Below, piece by piece: positions 8,066 through 16,704 of a stretch of 41,325 nt of DNA (within the stretch, counting starts at the first letter, position 1; each line of letters begins with the position of its first letter). The position numbers and the translations under genes were made by a program. This DNA is from Verrucomicrobiota bacterium (GTDB lineage Bacteria; Verrucomicrobiota; Lentisphaeria; Victivallales; UBA1829), in contig JAKJHH010000001.1 in the NCBI GenBank assembly GCA_022703965.1, forward strand, positions 1-41,325, written 5' to 3'. Under the pieces are notes generated by a model. That model saw only the letters and a list, made by a program, of their open reading frames with translations. It ran no database searches and had not been told where the DNA came from.

Positions 8066-8962
8066 ATGAGTACAGAAGGCATTGTTTTTGAGATCAAGCG
8101 CTTTGCAGTTCATGACGGCCCCGGTATCAGAACAACTCTGTTCTTAAAGGGATGTCCATTGCGTTGTTTATGGTGCCACAATCCTGAAAGCATATCTCCG
8201 CATCCTCAACTGGCTTATTATGCGCATAAATGCATCAATTGCGGAGAATGCGTCTCTGTATGTCCCGAACATGCACATGCCATAAGTCTTGAAAAACTGC
8301 ATTATTTTGAGCGAAGAAAATGCAGGAGCTGCGGAAAATGCGAAACTGCCTGTCTTGGAAATGCCCTGCAGCTCTATGGTATGAGAATGACTGTACAGGA
8401 GACCTTGAATGCGGCTCTTGAAGACAGAGACTTTTTCGGAGACGATGGCGGAGTAACTTTATCCGGCGGAGAACCGCTCCTTCAAGCGGATTTCTGCTTC
8501 GAAATTCTTACCGCCTTAAAACGGCAAGCTATTCATACGGCACTCGACACTTGCGGACAAGTCAAATGGAAAACTATGTCTATGATCTTGAACTGCACTG
8601 ACATATTTCTTTTCGACTTTAAAGCTGCAAATCCCCAAAAGCATCACAAACTTACCGGCAGTGATAACAGGCAGATTCTGGAAAACCTGCAAAAACTCTC
8701 CGATGCAGGTGCAGAAATCGAGATCAGAATGCCGCTGATTCCCGCTTTAAACGACTCCGACGAGGATATCCATGAGGCCGGAAAAATCCTTAGTAACCTG
8801 CATATAAAATCCATCAAAATCCTTCCTTATCATAACATGGCACGCAGCAAATACGATGCACTTGGAATGGCAAATAAAATACCTGCTTCAAGCTCTCAAG
8901 ACAATGTAAATTCACTGCATGCCGTTGAAATACTCCGTAATTACGGATTAGAGATCAATTGA
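8066..8962 (+). CDS. glycyl radical enzyme activating enzyme (radical SAM, with auxiliary ferredoxin-type clusters)
   Basis: 298-aa ORF. It carries DGPGIRT and CPLRCLWC (CX3CX2C, nt 8153-8176), plus the additional Cys-rich motifs CINCGECVSVCP and CRSCGKCETAC. It starts 4 nt after the GRE stop. Confidence 0.9.
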   Translation: MSTEGIVFEIKRFAVHDGPGIRTTLFLKGCPLRCLWCHNPESISPHPQLAYYAHKCINCGECVSVCPEHAHAISLEKLHYFERRKCRSCGKCETACLGNALQLYGMRMTVQETLNAALEDRDFFGDDGGVTLSGGEPLLQADFCFEILTALKRQAIHTALDTCGQVKWKTMSMILNCTDIFLFDFKAANPQKHHKLTGSDNRQILENLQKLSDAGAEIEIRMPLIPALNDSDEDIHEAGKILSNLHIKSIKILPYHNMARSKYDALGMANKIPASSSQDNVNSLHAVEILRNYGLEIN

Positions 8963-8981
8963 CAATGATGAGTTCACTATA

Positions 8982-11900
8982 TCATTTGACCTTAAGACGG
9001 ATCTCTGCGGAACTGTCCGGCTTCAGCGGGATTCTGATAAGTCCTTCGGAATCACGTTTGAATTCCTGAGAATCAATTTCAGTACTGCTTGAAAGGATGA
9101 GTTCTGGTTTTTTCCCAGTCTGAATTTTCATGAAGAACTCTTTTGAATCAGGATTGAACTCAATCGATTCGATCTTGATATCTTTAGAATTTTTCACCCT
9201 GACTTTTCCGTATATCTGATCCAGTGACATCGCTATATTCGAGCTGAGTGTCATGCCGACATAATCGCTGGAAAGGAACTTGATAAGCTCTGCATTTTCA
9301 AGACACTTTTTCATCGCCTTCAACTTATCCTCTTTACTGATAATATCGGAATGAGAAAGTACATTCAAAAGTTTATGATCATGTATAAATTCACCTTTGT
9401 CGTTGTACAGATGCGGAAGAACAAATGATTTAATATATTCATCGGTTTCCTTTTTTGCATATTTATCGTAAAGTGGAAAGAGTTCCTGCGGAATCCCCTG
9501 ACTCATATCGTAAAGATGATATGAAGTGTTCTTATAGACATTTCCGAATTTATAATCATAGCCGTCCTCGCTGTAGCCTGTGCCATATACCTGCCCAGGC
9601 TTGAAAAAAGCCAGACCGGCTTCTTTATAATAATGCTTGAAAGAAAGTCTTGCCAGAGTAGCAACACTACGCCTTGCAGCGCGATAAAGACATTGATCCT
9701 GCCAGTCTTTATCTCCGATAATTTCTGCAATGCGTGCCACTTTAAGCATGCCCGGATATTCGCAGTTTAGCATATCTATGGAGGCAGACATGCCGGATTC
9801 CCCGCAATGCCCTGTCAAAGTTATCCAGTCATCGCCAACAAAGAGCAGTTTTGTAAAGTAACGGAACCATGTCTCATTGGCGCGTATGAGCTCGATTTGT
9901 CCATGCTGATCTGCCAAAGCTCTGGCTGTGGTAGTAATCATATAAACCGTTTCATTCGAGTCTGCGAAATTGAAGTTTGATCCCTTGCCGGGAGCGAATT
10001 TACTGTGATGCATGCGAGGACTGTTGTAGCATAACGGATAGCGGATACCGCTGAACGGCTCTTCCCTCCATGCAACCGCACTCTTATACGCATACTGTTC
10101 AAGCGGCAGAAAGAAGCGATAGCTCAGACGTTCCTCAAGAATCGAACGATTTTCCGGGCTGAGACTAAATGGAGACGCTACGATATCGGATGTGCCCTGA
10201 AGCCACATGTGGAGGCAGATATTCTGTTCCGGTCTGTCAGGCTTGAATGTATGCTCGAAGTTGGCTGTTCTGATATTTCTTCTGCCGCCTATGAATTCCG
10301 ATGCCTTGCGAAAGACATCATCGCATTGAGCGTCAATTCTATTTTGTCCGCTGAGATGAGGAACCAGATTCAACGAGTCTTCAGGCAGAGGCAAAGTCCA
10401 TTCCACTGTATCAGTCCCCGGCCTGGCCGCGTAATAACCGAAACTTGTAGCAAGATTCCAGTTTTCAACGCCCTCTCCTTCAAAAAGCATCCCCTTCATG
10501 AAGTAAAGCAGAGGCGATACAGGAGCATAATGTTCGGGTTTCATGCTCCAGTCGTTGGCAGTATCCTTAAAGCTGTAAATACTGCGGATGCGGACAAGCT
10601 TTGCCTTTTCGTCAATCTTAAACATTTCTTTATATGAAACAGGATAGGCAAAGCTTTTCGGAAGCCAGAAATTGATTCTGTTGAGCGTTTCTTCAGGTAA
10701 AATTTTCTCCCATGAGTCAGTTTTTACCTGAGCTTTCCCATAAAGCCAAAGCGGAACTATCATGCCGATGCCGCTTTTGTGTTCAATACTGATGCCGCCG
10801 ACTTCATTTCCAAAATGCTCAACTGTGATCCTGTCCAGTTTTTTCGAAAAAACAAGGAGCAGCGGCGAACCGTTGTCTTTCGGAAAAAGCAGGATTGCCG
10901 GCTTATCCCAGTCACAAGGAATACTGTCGGTCTTTGCGAGATCAAAAATTTCCACAGCGCCTTTTCTGAATACAGCCGCATATGAGGCTATATTGCTGAG
11001 AGCCATATGAATATTTTCACTCTGAAAATCCCAACGTACTCCTGGAAAAGCCAGTGATGTGTCAAATCTTCCCTGAATGCTGTTTTCGCGACCGCTTACA
11101 ACAGCTCCTTTGCCGAGAGGATTAGCTCTGTCAATCTTCACGTCCAAAACTGATTTTTCAGAAATCGCCGGGACTATTTCCGGACAGCTTCCAAAACCTC
11201 CGCTGCCTCTGACATTCTGAGTCACAATACGGATTTCATTGACTTCTCCATACTTGATCTGTTCCCGGGCTATGACATAACGATGCGGTCTGCACCAGTA
11301 CTGAGGCATATCCAGAGTAACTTCACCTATAAGATTCCCGTTAAAATAGACTTGTGCTGTATCATCAATACCTCCTTCTACCTGAAAGCGCAGAGGAGCA
11401 TTCTTCCAGTTTTCAGGAATAAGCGCGGATGCCGTCAGTTCCACAGTGCCAATCTGCCCGTACATATAGTTCCAGTCAATATCCTTTTCTGATTCTGCCG
11501 GACTGCCTGAAATTGAACGTATATGCCATTTGCCTATACGCAGTTTGGGAAGAGAGTTCTTTCTGAATTCATACTGCCCGCTTCCATTACCGACAGAAAG
11601 GCCGTTATTCATGGACTCACAAAGCAGGCCGTCTCCGAGCATGAAGCCTACACGTCCAATGTTTTCCTCGCTGGCGCCAAGTTGCCAACCGTTTTCTTTT
11701 AAGGCAGAAGGACGCGCTTCTTCAGGAATTTTCTTGCCTGTCAATTCCGCAAGAGTCCTAAGTAAAAGAGGATCATAGGAATTTTTTCCCGGGATAAGAT
11801 CAACTCCTATGCCCAACGCCATATATACAACGCGTCCCTTGCCTGAAAGTCCTTCGACCATGACAGGTGTTCCGTCTGCGTAACTTAGGCGCAGTTTCGC

Positions 11901-12926
11901 GTCTTTTTTCAGGGAAAGATCATGATAGACTCCGAATGTATTCTGGGACAAGCCTTTGAAGATAGGATCATTCTGATCCGCGGCCTTTAATTTTTCTCTT
12001 TTGGGAAATCCCTTGCTGCTCATCGGCTTCTCTTCAACAGGCATTATAGCCATGATTTCCGGATCGGCGATTGCTGAGGCCGCGTAAAGCGGAGTTCCTT
12101 TCTCCACTGCTCTTACAATGCGAGCCGCCATGACAGGAGCTTTTTTCGCCGAAGAATAGACTATGACATCCGCAGTTTCAGGCGAATCCGCAAGGAGCGC
12201 ATTTTTCTTTACAGCCGAAATCAGCATTTCACGAAAACCGGGATAAGGAAGTGGATCGCTTAAACCATTCAGGGAAACAGGCTTTAGATCTTCATTGTCA
12301 AAATGGAAGTATATGCGCATCGCATTGGCATCCGGACGAATCTCAGGACGTTCAGGCGGATATACTGTCACATCCGGCTTTTCGGTTCCCTTACCGATAT
12401 TCTCCGCCAAGTCCATCTGAAAATCTCTAATCTCGACCGTAACCGGATGCCCTGCCCTGACTCCGTTGAGGCTTATCCAAGGCTTGATCTGCCAAATGTG
12501 ATAATCCTTGTCCAGAAGTCCGAAATCGCTGTCCAATGCAAAAGTATACTGTGCAAAATTCCTACCCGACACAGTAAGCTTAGGCCCCCATTTTGTGACG
12601 ACTTTGCCATCTTCCTTTGTCGTGAAAATCAGATAAATTTGAACCGATTCCCCTCCAGGAACTCGGGCTCTGAAAAAGAGTTTTCCCTGAGCATGACGCG
12701 GCGCATCTACCGTGCGGACGACCTGTGCTCCGCATTTTGAATCGTTGGCAGCTGACGGACTCAGCGTCAAATTAAAGTCTTCAGGTGAAAAAGACTCCAT
12801 GTCGGCTTTTGTTTCAGGACTTATTGTCTGGGGAATCACGCTCCAGTCTTTTTTCGCTTCCGCCGACTGGCAGAAAAAAAGAGGGAGAAGGGAAATCAGG
12901 GCGCAAAGAACTATACTTGTTTTCAT
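8982..12926 (-). CDS. large (~1314 aa) secreted multidomain protein, putative novel glycan-active enzyme
   Basis: I chose the start at the internal ATG (12926-12924) because the longer ORF would overlap the upstream pseudopilin gene. The signal peptide is MKTSIVLCALISLLPLFFCQSAEA/KK. A galactose-binding-like segment reads LRFQVEGGIDDTAQVYFNGNLIGE. I recognised no catalytic family. Confidence 0.6.
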   Translation of the reverse strand: MKTSIVLCALISLLPLFFCQSAEAKKDWSVIPQTISPETKADMESFSPEDFNLTLSPSAANDSKCGAQVVRTVDAPRHAQGKLFFRARVPGGESVQIYLIFTTKEDGKVVTKWGPKLTVSGRNFAQYTFALDSDFGLLDKDYHIWQIKPWISLNGVRAGHPVTVEIRDFQMDLAENIGKGTEKPDVTVYPPERPEIRPDANAMRIYFHFDNEDLKPVSLNGLSDPLPYPGFREMLISAVKKNALLADSPETADVIVYSSAKKAPVMAARIVRAVEKGTPLYAASAIADPEIMAIMPVEEKPMSSKGFPKREKLKAADQNDPIFKGLSQNTFGVYHDLSLKKDAKLRLSYADGTPVMVEGLSGKGRVVYMALGIGVDLIPGKNSYDPLLLRTLAELTGKKIPEEARPSALKENGWQLGASEENIGRVGFMLGDGLLCESMNNGLSVGNGSGQYEFRKNSLPKLRIGKWHIRSISGSPAESEKDIDWNYMYGQIGTVELTASALIPENWKNAPLRFQVEGGIDDTAQVYFNGNLIGEVTLDMPQYWCRPHRYVIAREQIKYGEVNEIRIVTQNVRGSGGFGSCPEIVPAISEKSVLDVKIDRANPLGKGAVVSGRENSIQGRFDTSLAFPGVRWDFQSENIHMALSNIASYAAVFRKGAVEIFDLAKTDSIPCDWDKPAILLFPKDNGSPLLLVFSKKLDRITVEHFGNEVGGISIEHKSGIGMIVPLWLYGKAQVKTDSWEKILPEETLNRINFWLPKSFAYPVSYKEMFKIDEKAKLVRIRSIYSFKDTANDWSMKPEHYAPVSPLLYFMKGMLFEGEGVENWNLATSFGYYAARPGTDTVEWTLPLPEDSLNLVPHLSGQNRIDAQCDDVFRKASEFIGGRRNIRTANFEHTFKPDRPEQNICLHMWLQGTSDIVASPFSLSPENRSILEERLSYRFFLPLEQYAYKSAVAWREEPFSGIRYPLCYNSPRMHHSKFAPGKGSNFNFADSNETVYMITTTARALADQHGQIELIRANETWFRYFTKLLFVGDDWITLTGHCGESGMSASIDMLNCEYPGMLKVARIAEIIGDKDWQDQCLYRAARRSVATLARLSFKHYYKEAGLAFFKPGQVYGTGYSEDGYDYKFGNVYKNTSYHLYDMSQGIPQELFPLYDKYAKKETDEYIKSFVLPHLYNDKGEFIHDHKLLNVLSHSDIISKEDKLKAMKKCLENAELIKFLSSDYVGMTLSSNIAMSLDQIYGKVRVKNSKDIKIESIEFNPDSKEFFMKIQTGKKPELILSSSTEIDSQEFKRDSEGLIRIPLKPDSSAEIRLKVK

Positions 12927-12949
12927 TTTCAAACTTCTTTTTTTGGTTT

Positions 12950-13723
12950 TTATGGACGGTTTTCCGTTGCACGGGCCGAGCCGTCGAATGACCATGGATT
13001 ATCAGGGAAATTTATCGCCTGAAGAATCCCGTATTGAGCATACCATTGAGACTGAATCTGCAAAACGGTGCTTCCGGAACCGCGAATTCCGGAAACATGG
13101 CCGTCTCCATGAAGACAGTTGGCAAGCCTTTCCTTGTCGTGAGTCGGTTTTGCGCAGGTTCCAGTCATTTTATTACGAGTGCGCGACACGGCTCCGGACT
13201 CAATTGCCGCAATAAATCTGGCTGGTCCTTTTACAGCTCCGGCCTTGAGCCATGAACAGTTGTCAGAGGCTTCACGTCCTCCCATTTCGTTGGTATTGAG
13301 TCCGTGTGCCGCATATTGCCAGGCATAAAGATTATCCGTTATTTTATTCTGGTCAAACATCTTGCGATAGTTTATGTTCGGATCTGCCGGATCAATATTC
13401 GAGGTCGCTGATTTACAGAAAAAAACCTTGGGAATCACATAGTTCATTTCACAGAAGAATTGAGTCCAGTAATACGGCTCACCTGAGCCTTTAAGGTAGA
13501 GATGAGCCTTTGGATAATAATCATTATAGTCTCCATGGTAGACACTGATTGCGCTGCCAACCTGACGCTGATTATTTACACATGTAATTGTAAAGCCTTT
13601 TTCCCTCACTGTATTGAGCGCCGGCAGCAGCATGCTGGCCAGAACGGAGATAATTGCTATCACCACCAAAAGCTCAATCAAGGTGAAATTTGTCCGTCCG
13701 AACTTTTCTGTCGTAAATTTCAT
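12950..13723 (-). CDS. prepilin-type N-terminal cleavage/methylation domain protein (DUF1559-like pseudopilin)
   Basis: The N-terminus is [36 protein letters not shown], with Phe+1 and Glu+5. The C-terminus contains HGDGH. A strong SD (GGAAGGTG) lies 5 nt upstream of the ATG. Confidence 0.8.
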   Translation of the reverse strand: MKFTTEKFGRTNFTLIELLVVIAIISVLASMLLPALNTVREKGFTITCVNNQRQVGSAISVYHGDYNDYYPKAHLYLKGSGEPYYWTQFFCEMNYVIPKVFFCKSATSNIDPADPNINYRKMFDQNKITDNLYAWQYAAHGLNTNEMGGREASDNCSWLKAGAVKGPARFIAAIESGAVSRTRNKMTGTCAKPTHDKERLANCLHGDGHVSGIRGSGSTVLQIQSQWYAQYGILQAINFPDNPWSFDGSARATENRP

Positions 13724-13793
13724 AATTCACCTTCCAGTTCTATGAAAGCTGTGCGAACTGACAGATTATACAGCATTTCATTTTCGATTACCA

Positions 13794-15416
13794 TTAAGCT
13801 ATTTCTATTGAGCTCAATGCGATCTGAATTTCATCTCTTACAGGCTCAACGCCCGAGGGCCATGACGGCGTTTTATAGAGATCGCCGAATGCGAATTTCC
13901 GGATCAGTTTTCCGCTGAATTCTCTGACAATTTCATTGATGGAAATTTTCAGACTCTCATTCTCCAGCTCAATCGCAATAGCGTTTTCTTCCTTGAGCCT
14001 TATATGAGTCAGTGCTTCATTTCTCCCATCCGCGAATTCCGCAAAGAGCATGTCCTGATCTGTTTCTTTGTCATAGCGCAGACTTAGCTTAAAACCGTCT
14101 CTTGTCTTGCCTCCGGCGCTGAAAACGCAAAAATCGTTCTCGTTTCGGACTCTGCTTTTAAAACGGAAGTCAAGCTTGAGCCTTTTCTGTGCGCTAAGTT
14201 CAGGAGTTAAAACGATATTCATACATGACTGAAGATGATTAAGTATGATTCTGTCTTCTTCAATCTCAGTGCGAAGTCCCGGACGGGATTCTCTCGGCAT
14301 CAGAAAAGCTTTTGAGAAATCCGGCAACTCTTCTATCACGCTTCCCATTATGTAGTCTGGATAAGTGTAAGCGCAGTATATTTTCCCGTCTTTTACAAAA
14401 GCGTTCGGATAAAAGCCCCTTCCCCCTTCTGCCTGAACGACAGGTCCCGGAAGCAATGTGTCAGGATCAGGCAACGGAGCAAGGTAAAGCGATAAATAGA
14501 GACGGTCTTCCGGTCCTGTTTCCGGACGTATTCCAGGCTGCCAGTCGTTCATTATCATAAAGATCGGGCTTTTCCCATCCTGCACGGTTCCGGCGTAACA
14601 GCGCGAGGCTACTGATTCGACCTCAACAGGACTGCACTTAGTCCAGCTATAGCCCTTGTCTTTGCTGACTGCGGATAAAATACAATGCTCGGTTTTAGAC
14701 TGATACCCCTTCCCCGGTTCCCCGGCATTTCTGATGAGCATACAAAGTTCATTTTCGCCGGATTCAAGTATCATCGGTTCCCAGATGTTAATGCGCTCTA
14801 CGTTTTCCGGAAGAACTGCTTCAGTGACTCCGCCCCATTCCCAGTTTGCTCCGCCGTCTCTGCTCATAAGGATTCCGGCATAACGGCAGGCTCCTATCTC
14901 ATGATTATCTTTTTTGACCGGAAAGCTCAGCGGAAATATCATTGTTCCGTCCTGACAGAGAAATCCGTGATTTGTCGGAAATGCCACCGTATTTTCAGGC
15001 ATCTTGCCGGATGCTTTCAGCTCTTCATTTGTCCAGTGAATCCCGTCCTCCGTTTCGGCTATATAAGTCTTTTCAGCGTTGTAGTCACACCAGAGACAGA
15101 AAACTTTCTCGTCCTTGTAGTTGATAAGTGAAGGCTGCCACTGGTTGTCAGATTTGACTGGATTACTGCAAAGTTCTCCTGAAAAAACCTGAAGCGGAGC
15201 GCTCCAGCTTTTGAAGTCCTCCGAGCGGCTTATGAAATTATACTGTCCAGGATAATTCTCCTGCCCTGTAGAATTTGCGTTCCAGAGAGCCAGAAATGAG
15301 TTTTTAAAAGGAACTATATCCACGCAATGATTGTATCTGAGATAAGGCTTGCTGCCGTTCCTCGGGAAGTATATCGGACTGCGGCTAATCTTCGGACTGT
15401 ATATTGAAATTGACAT
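13794..15416 (-). CDS. BNR/Asp-box beta-propeller protein (sialidase-fold glycosidase-like) with a C-terminal beta-sandwich-like domain
   Basis: 540-aa ORF. Four Asp-box-like motifs are present: SEDFKSW, TEDGIHW, SRDGGANW, SKDKGYSW. No signal peptide. I did not see a clear FRIP motif. Confidence 0.6.
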   Translation of the reverse strand: MSISIYSPKISRSPIYFPRNGSKPYLRYNHCVDIVPFKNSFLALWNANSTGQENYPGQYNFISRSEDFKSWSAPLQVFSGELCSNPVKSDNQWQPSLINYKDEKVFCLWCDYNAEKTYIAETEDGIHWTNEELKASGKMPENTVAFPTNHGFLCQDGTMIFPLSFPVKKDNHEIGACRYAGILMSRDGGANWEWGGVTEAVLPENVERINIWEPMILESGENELCMLIRNAGEPGKGYQSKTEHCILSAVSKDKGYSWTKCSPVEVESVASRCYAGTVQDGKSPIFMIMNDWQPGIRPETGPEDRLYLSLYLAPLPDPDTLLPGPVVQAEGGRGFYPNAFVKDGKIYCAYTYPDYIMGSVIEELPDFSKAFLMPRESRPGLRTEIEEDRIILNHLQSCMNIVLTPELSAQKRLKLDFRFKSRVRNENDFCVFSAGGKTRDGFKLSLRYDKETDQDMLFAEFADGRNEALTHIRLKEENAIAIELENESLKISINEIVREFSGKLIRKFAFGDLYKTPSWPSGVEPVRDEIQIALSSIEIA

Positions 15417-15436
15417 CTGACACGCCTTTTACATTA

Positions 15437-15455
15437 TGTTCTAGATTGTTCTAGA
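15437..15455. promoter_or_regulatory. tandem direct repeat TGTTCTAGA-T-TGTTCTAGA, a candidate operator overlapping the predicted transcription start
   Basis: The copies are at 15437-15445 and 15447-15455, with 10-bp periodicity. They contain the palindromic cores TCTAGA and TTCTAGAA and lie immediately downstream of the -10 box. Confidence 0.5.
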
Positions 15456-15458
15456 ATA

Positions 15459-15487
15459 ATTATAACACAAGCATTTTTTGATGTCAA
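15459..15487 (-). promoter_or_regulatory. full-consensus sigma70 promoter with extended -10 for the BNR/pseudopilin/giant-protein operon
   Basis: On the minus strand, TTGACA (15487-15482) is followed by a 17-nt spacer ending in TGT and then TATAAT (15464-15459). This is 43 nt upstream of the start at 15416. Confidence 0.6.
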
Positions 15488-15565
15488 TAGCTTTGAATAC
15501 TTTTGCGCAAAATATCTGAACCCAAGCATAAATATGAACCGAAATCCATATTCCGACTTCCGAGA

Positions 15566-15574
15566 TGTTCTAGA
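15566..15574. promoter_or_regulatory. third copy of TGTTCTAGA (distal candidate operator)
   Basis: Exact 9-mer. It shares 11 nt (TGTTCTAGAAT) with copy 2. It lies about 80 bp upstream of the -35 box and 6 bp past the stop of the regulator gene. Confidence 0.45.
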
Positions 15575-15579
15575 ATGTT

Positions 15580-16647
15580 TTAAAGATTTGAATTGCTAAA
15601 GCTGTTTTCGGAGAGATTGTGACGAATCTTCGGCTGCTTTTTGCCGATTTGTTCAAGAAGCATCCAGATGGCTGTTTTTGCGGCTTCTGTGTAATTGCGG
15701 CGAACGATATATCCCGTAAAGCGGTTGCTGTGACTGAACTCTCTGAGGGCCACAAGTCTGCATCCTTTTTTGCAGTCAATTCCATGTCTTTCAAGCACTG
15801 CCTGAATTTCCAGTGCGTTTATGGATTCGCAGAAACAGATATCTGGAACTATCCCTGCGGCAAGTTTGTCTTCCAGAAGTCCTAGAAAATCAGAACTGCT
15901 GAAGCGTGTGATTTCCACTCCGGGAATACAAGACAAACTCGAAAGGTCTTCCGGAAAACCGCTTCTCAGAAAATCTACAACAAAGACCTTTTTCCTCTGC
16001 TCTTTCCGCATGATGTCGCTTAGTTGCATTAGCACATCATTGAATGCATAGCGCACCCCTGACGCGGCTGAAAACAGATGAGCTCCGCAGGTGACAAGAG
16101 GACAGTTCGCTTCCGCCAGCTTCTCAAAAAGATGCTCGGAAAACTCATTGTCCGGCGAAAGCCATATCAATCCGTCAAGCTTTACGGACAGGATATCACG
16201 CAGCATGGATTCAGGATTCTTGTTCGGCAGCCTCAGGTCATGAATAAAGCAATCCATTTCTCCAAGCGCCTTATAGACAGCAGAGATGGAAAACGCGCCT
16301 TCGTGCGCATAGGTGAAATGATCTCCGCTTCCATAGGTTACTCCTATAAGAGGCATGGCGTCCCTTGTAACATTCCGGGAATACGAAGACATCGGATTAG
16401 TGAATGTACCGACTCTTTTTTTGCCTATCAGTACTCCTTCAGCAATAAGACGTTCCAGTTCATATTGAGCCACCCTGCGCGAAGTTTCAAACATGCGGGC
16501 AAGCTCATAGCTGGACGGAATCTGCACAGAGGAATCGCTATTTTTACGGATCACTCCATAGACATAATAGCGAATTCTTGACGCGGCTGAATCTGAGTTG
16601 TCTTTTGGCATAAAAACCGGAATTTTCGGGTTAATCTTTGTTCTCAA
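15580..16647 (-). CDS. hybrid regulator: GntR-type winged HTH fused to a LacI-like periplasmic-binding-protein sugar-sensing domain
   Basis: 355-aa ORF. The wHTH segment reads IPSSYELARMFETSRRVAQYELERLIAEGVLIGKKRVGTF and is followed by a PBP-like domain. The ORF-track start is TTG; an in-frame ATG at 16611 is an alternative start. Confidence 0.7.
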   Translation of the reverse strand: MRTKINPKIPVFMPKDNSDSAASRIRYYVYGVIRKNSDSSVQIPSSYELARMFETSRRVAQYELERLIAEGVLIGKKRVGTFTNPMSSYSRNVTRDAMPLIGVTYGSGDHFTYAHEGAFSISAVYKALGEMDCFIHDLRLPNKNPESMLRDILSVKLDGLIWLSPDNEFSEHLFEKLAEANCPLVTCGAHLFSAASGVRYAFNDVLMQLSDIMRKEQRKKVFVVDFLRSGFPEDLSSLSCIPGVEITRFSSSDFLGLLEDKLAAGIVPDICFCESINALEIQAVLERHGIDCKKGCRLVALREFSHSNRFTGYIVRRNYTEAAKTAIWMLLEQIGKKQPKIRHNLSENSFSNSNL

Positions 16648-16704
16648 CTAAATTATAGTTTGCCGGACATCTTTTCAATAAGCCCCTGCAAGTTTCTGAT
16701 GATC

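Noticed and set aside
8963-8981. Rho-independent terminator between the convergent activase and giant-protein genes
   Set aside because: The 19-bp gap contains no GC-rich stem-loop or T-tract.
12927-12995. N-terminal extensions of track ORFs 8982-12995, 31053-31949, 32608-33462 and 33380-34465
   Set aside because: The extensions overlap the 3' ends of the upstream genes and precede canonical N-termini (a signal peptide, or Rossmann TGxxxGIG / IGxGxxH motifs). Internal ATGs give 4-23-nt gaps or ATGA overlaps, as expected within an operon.
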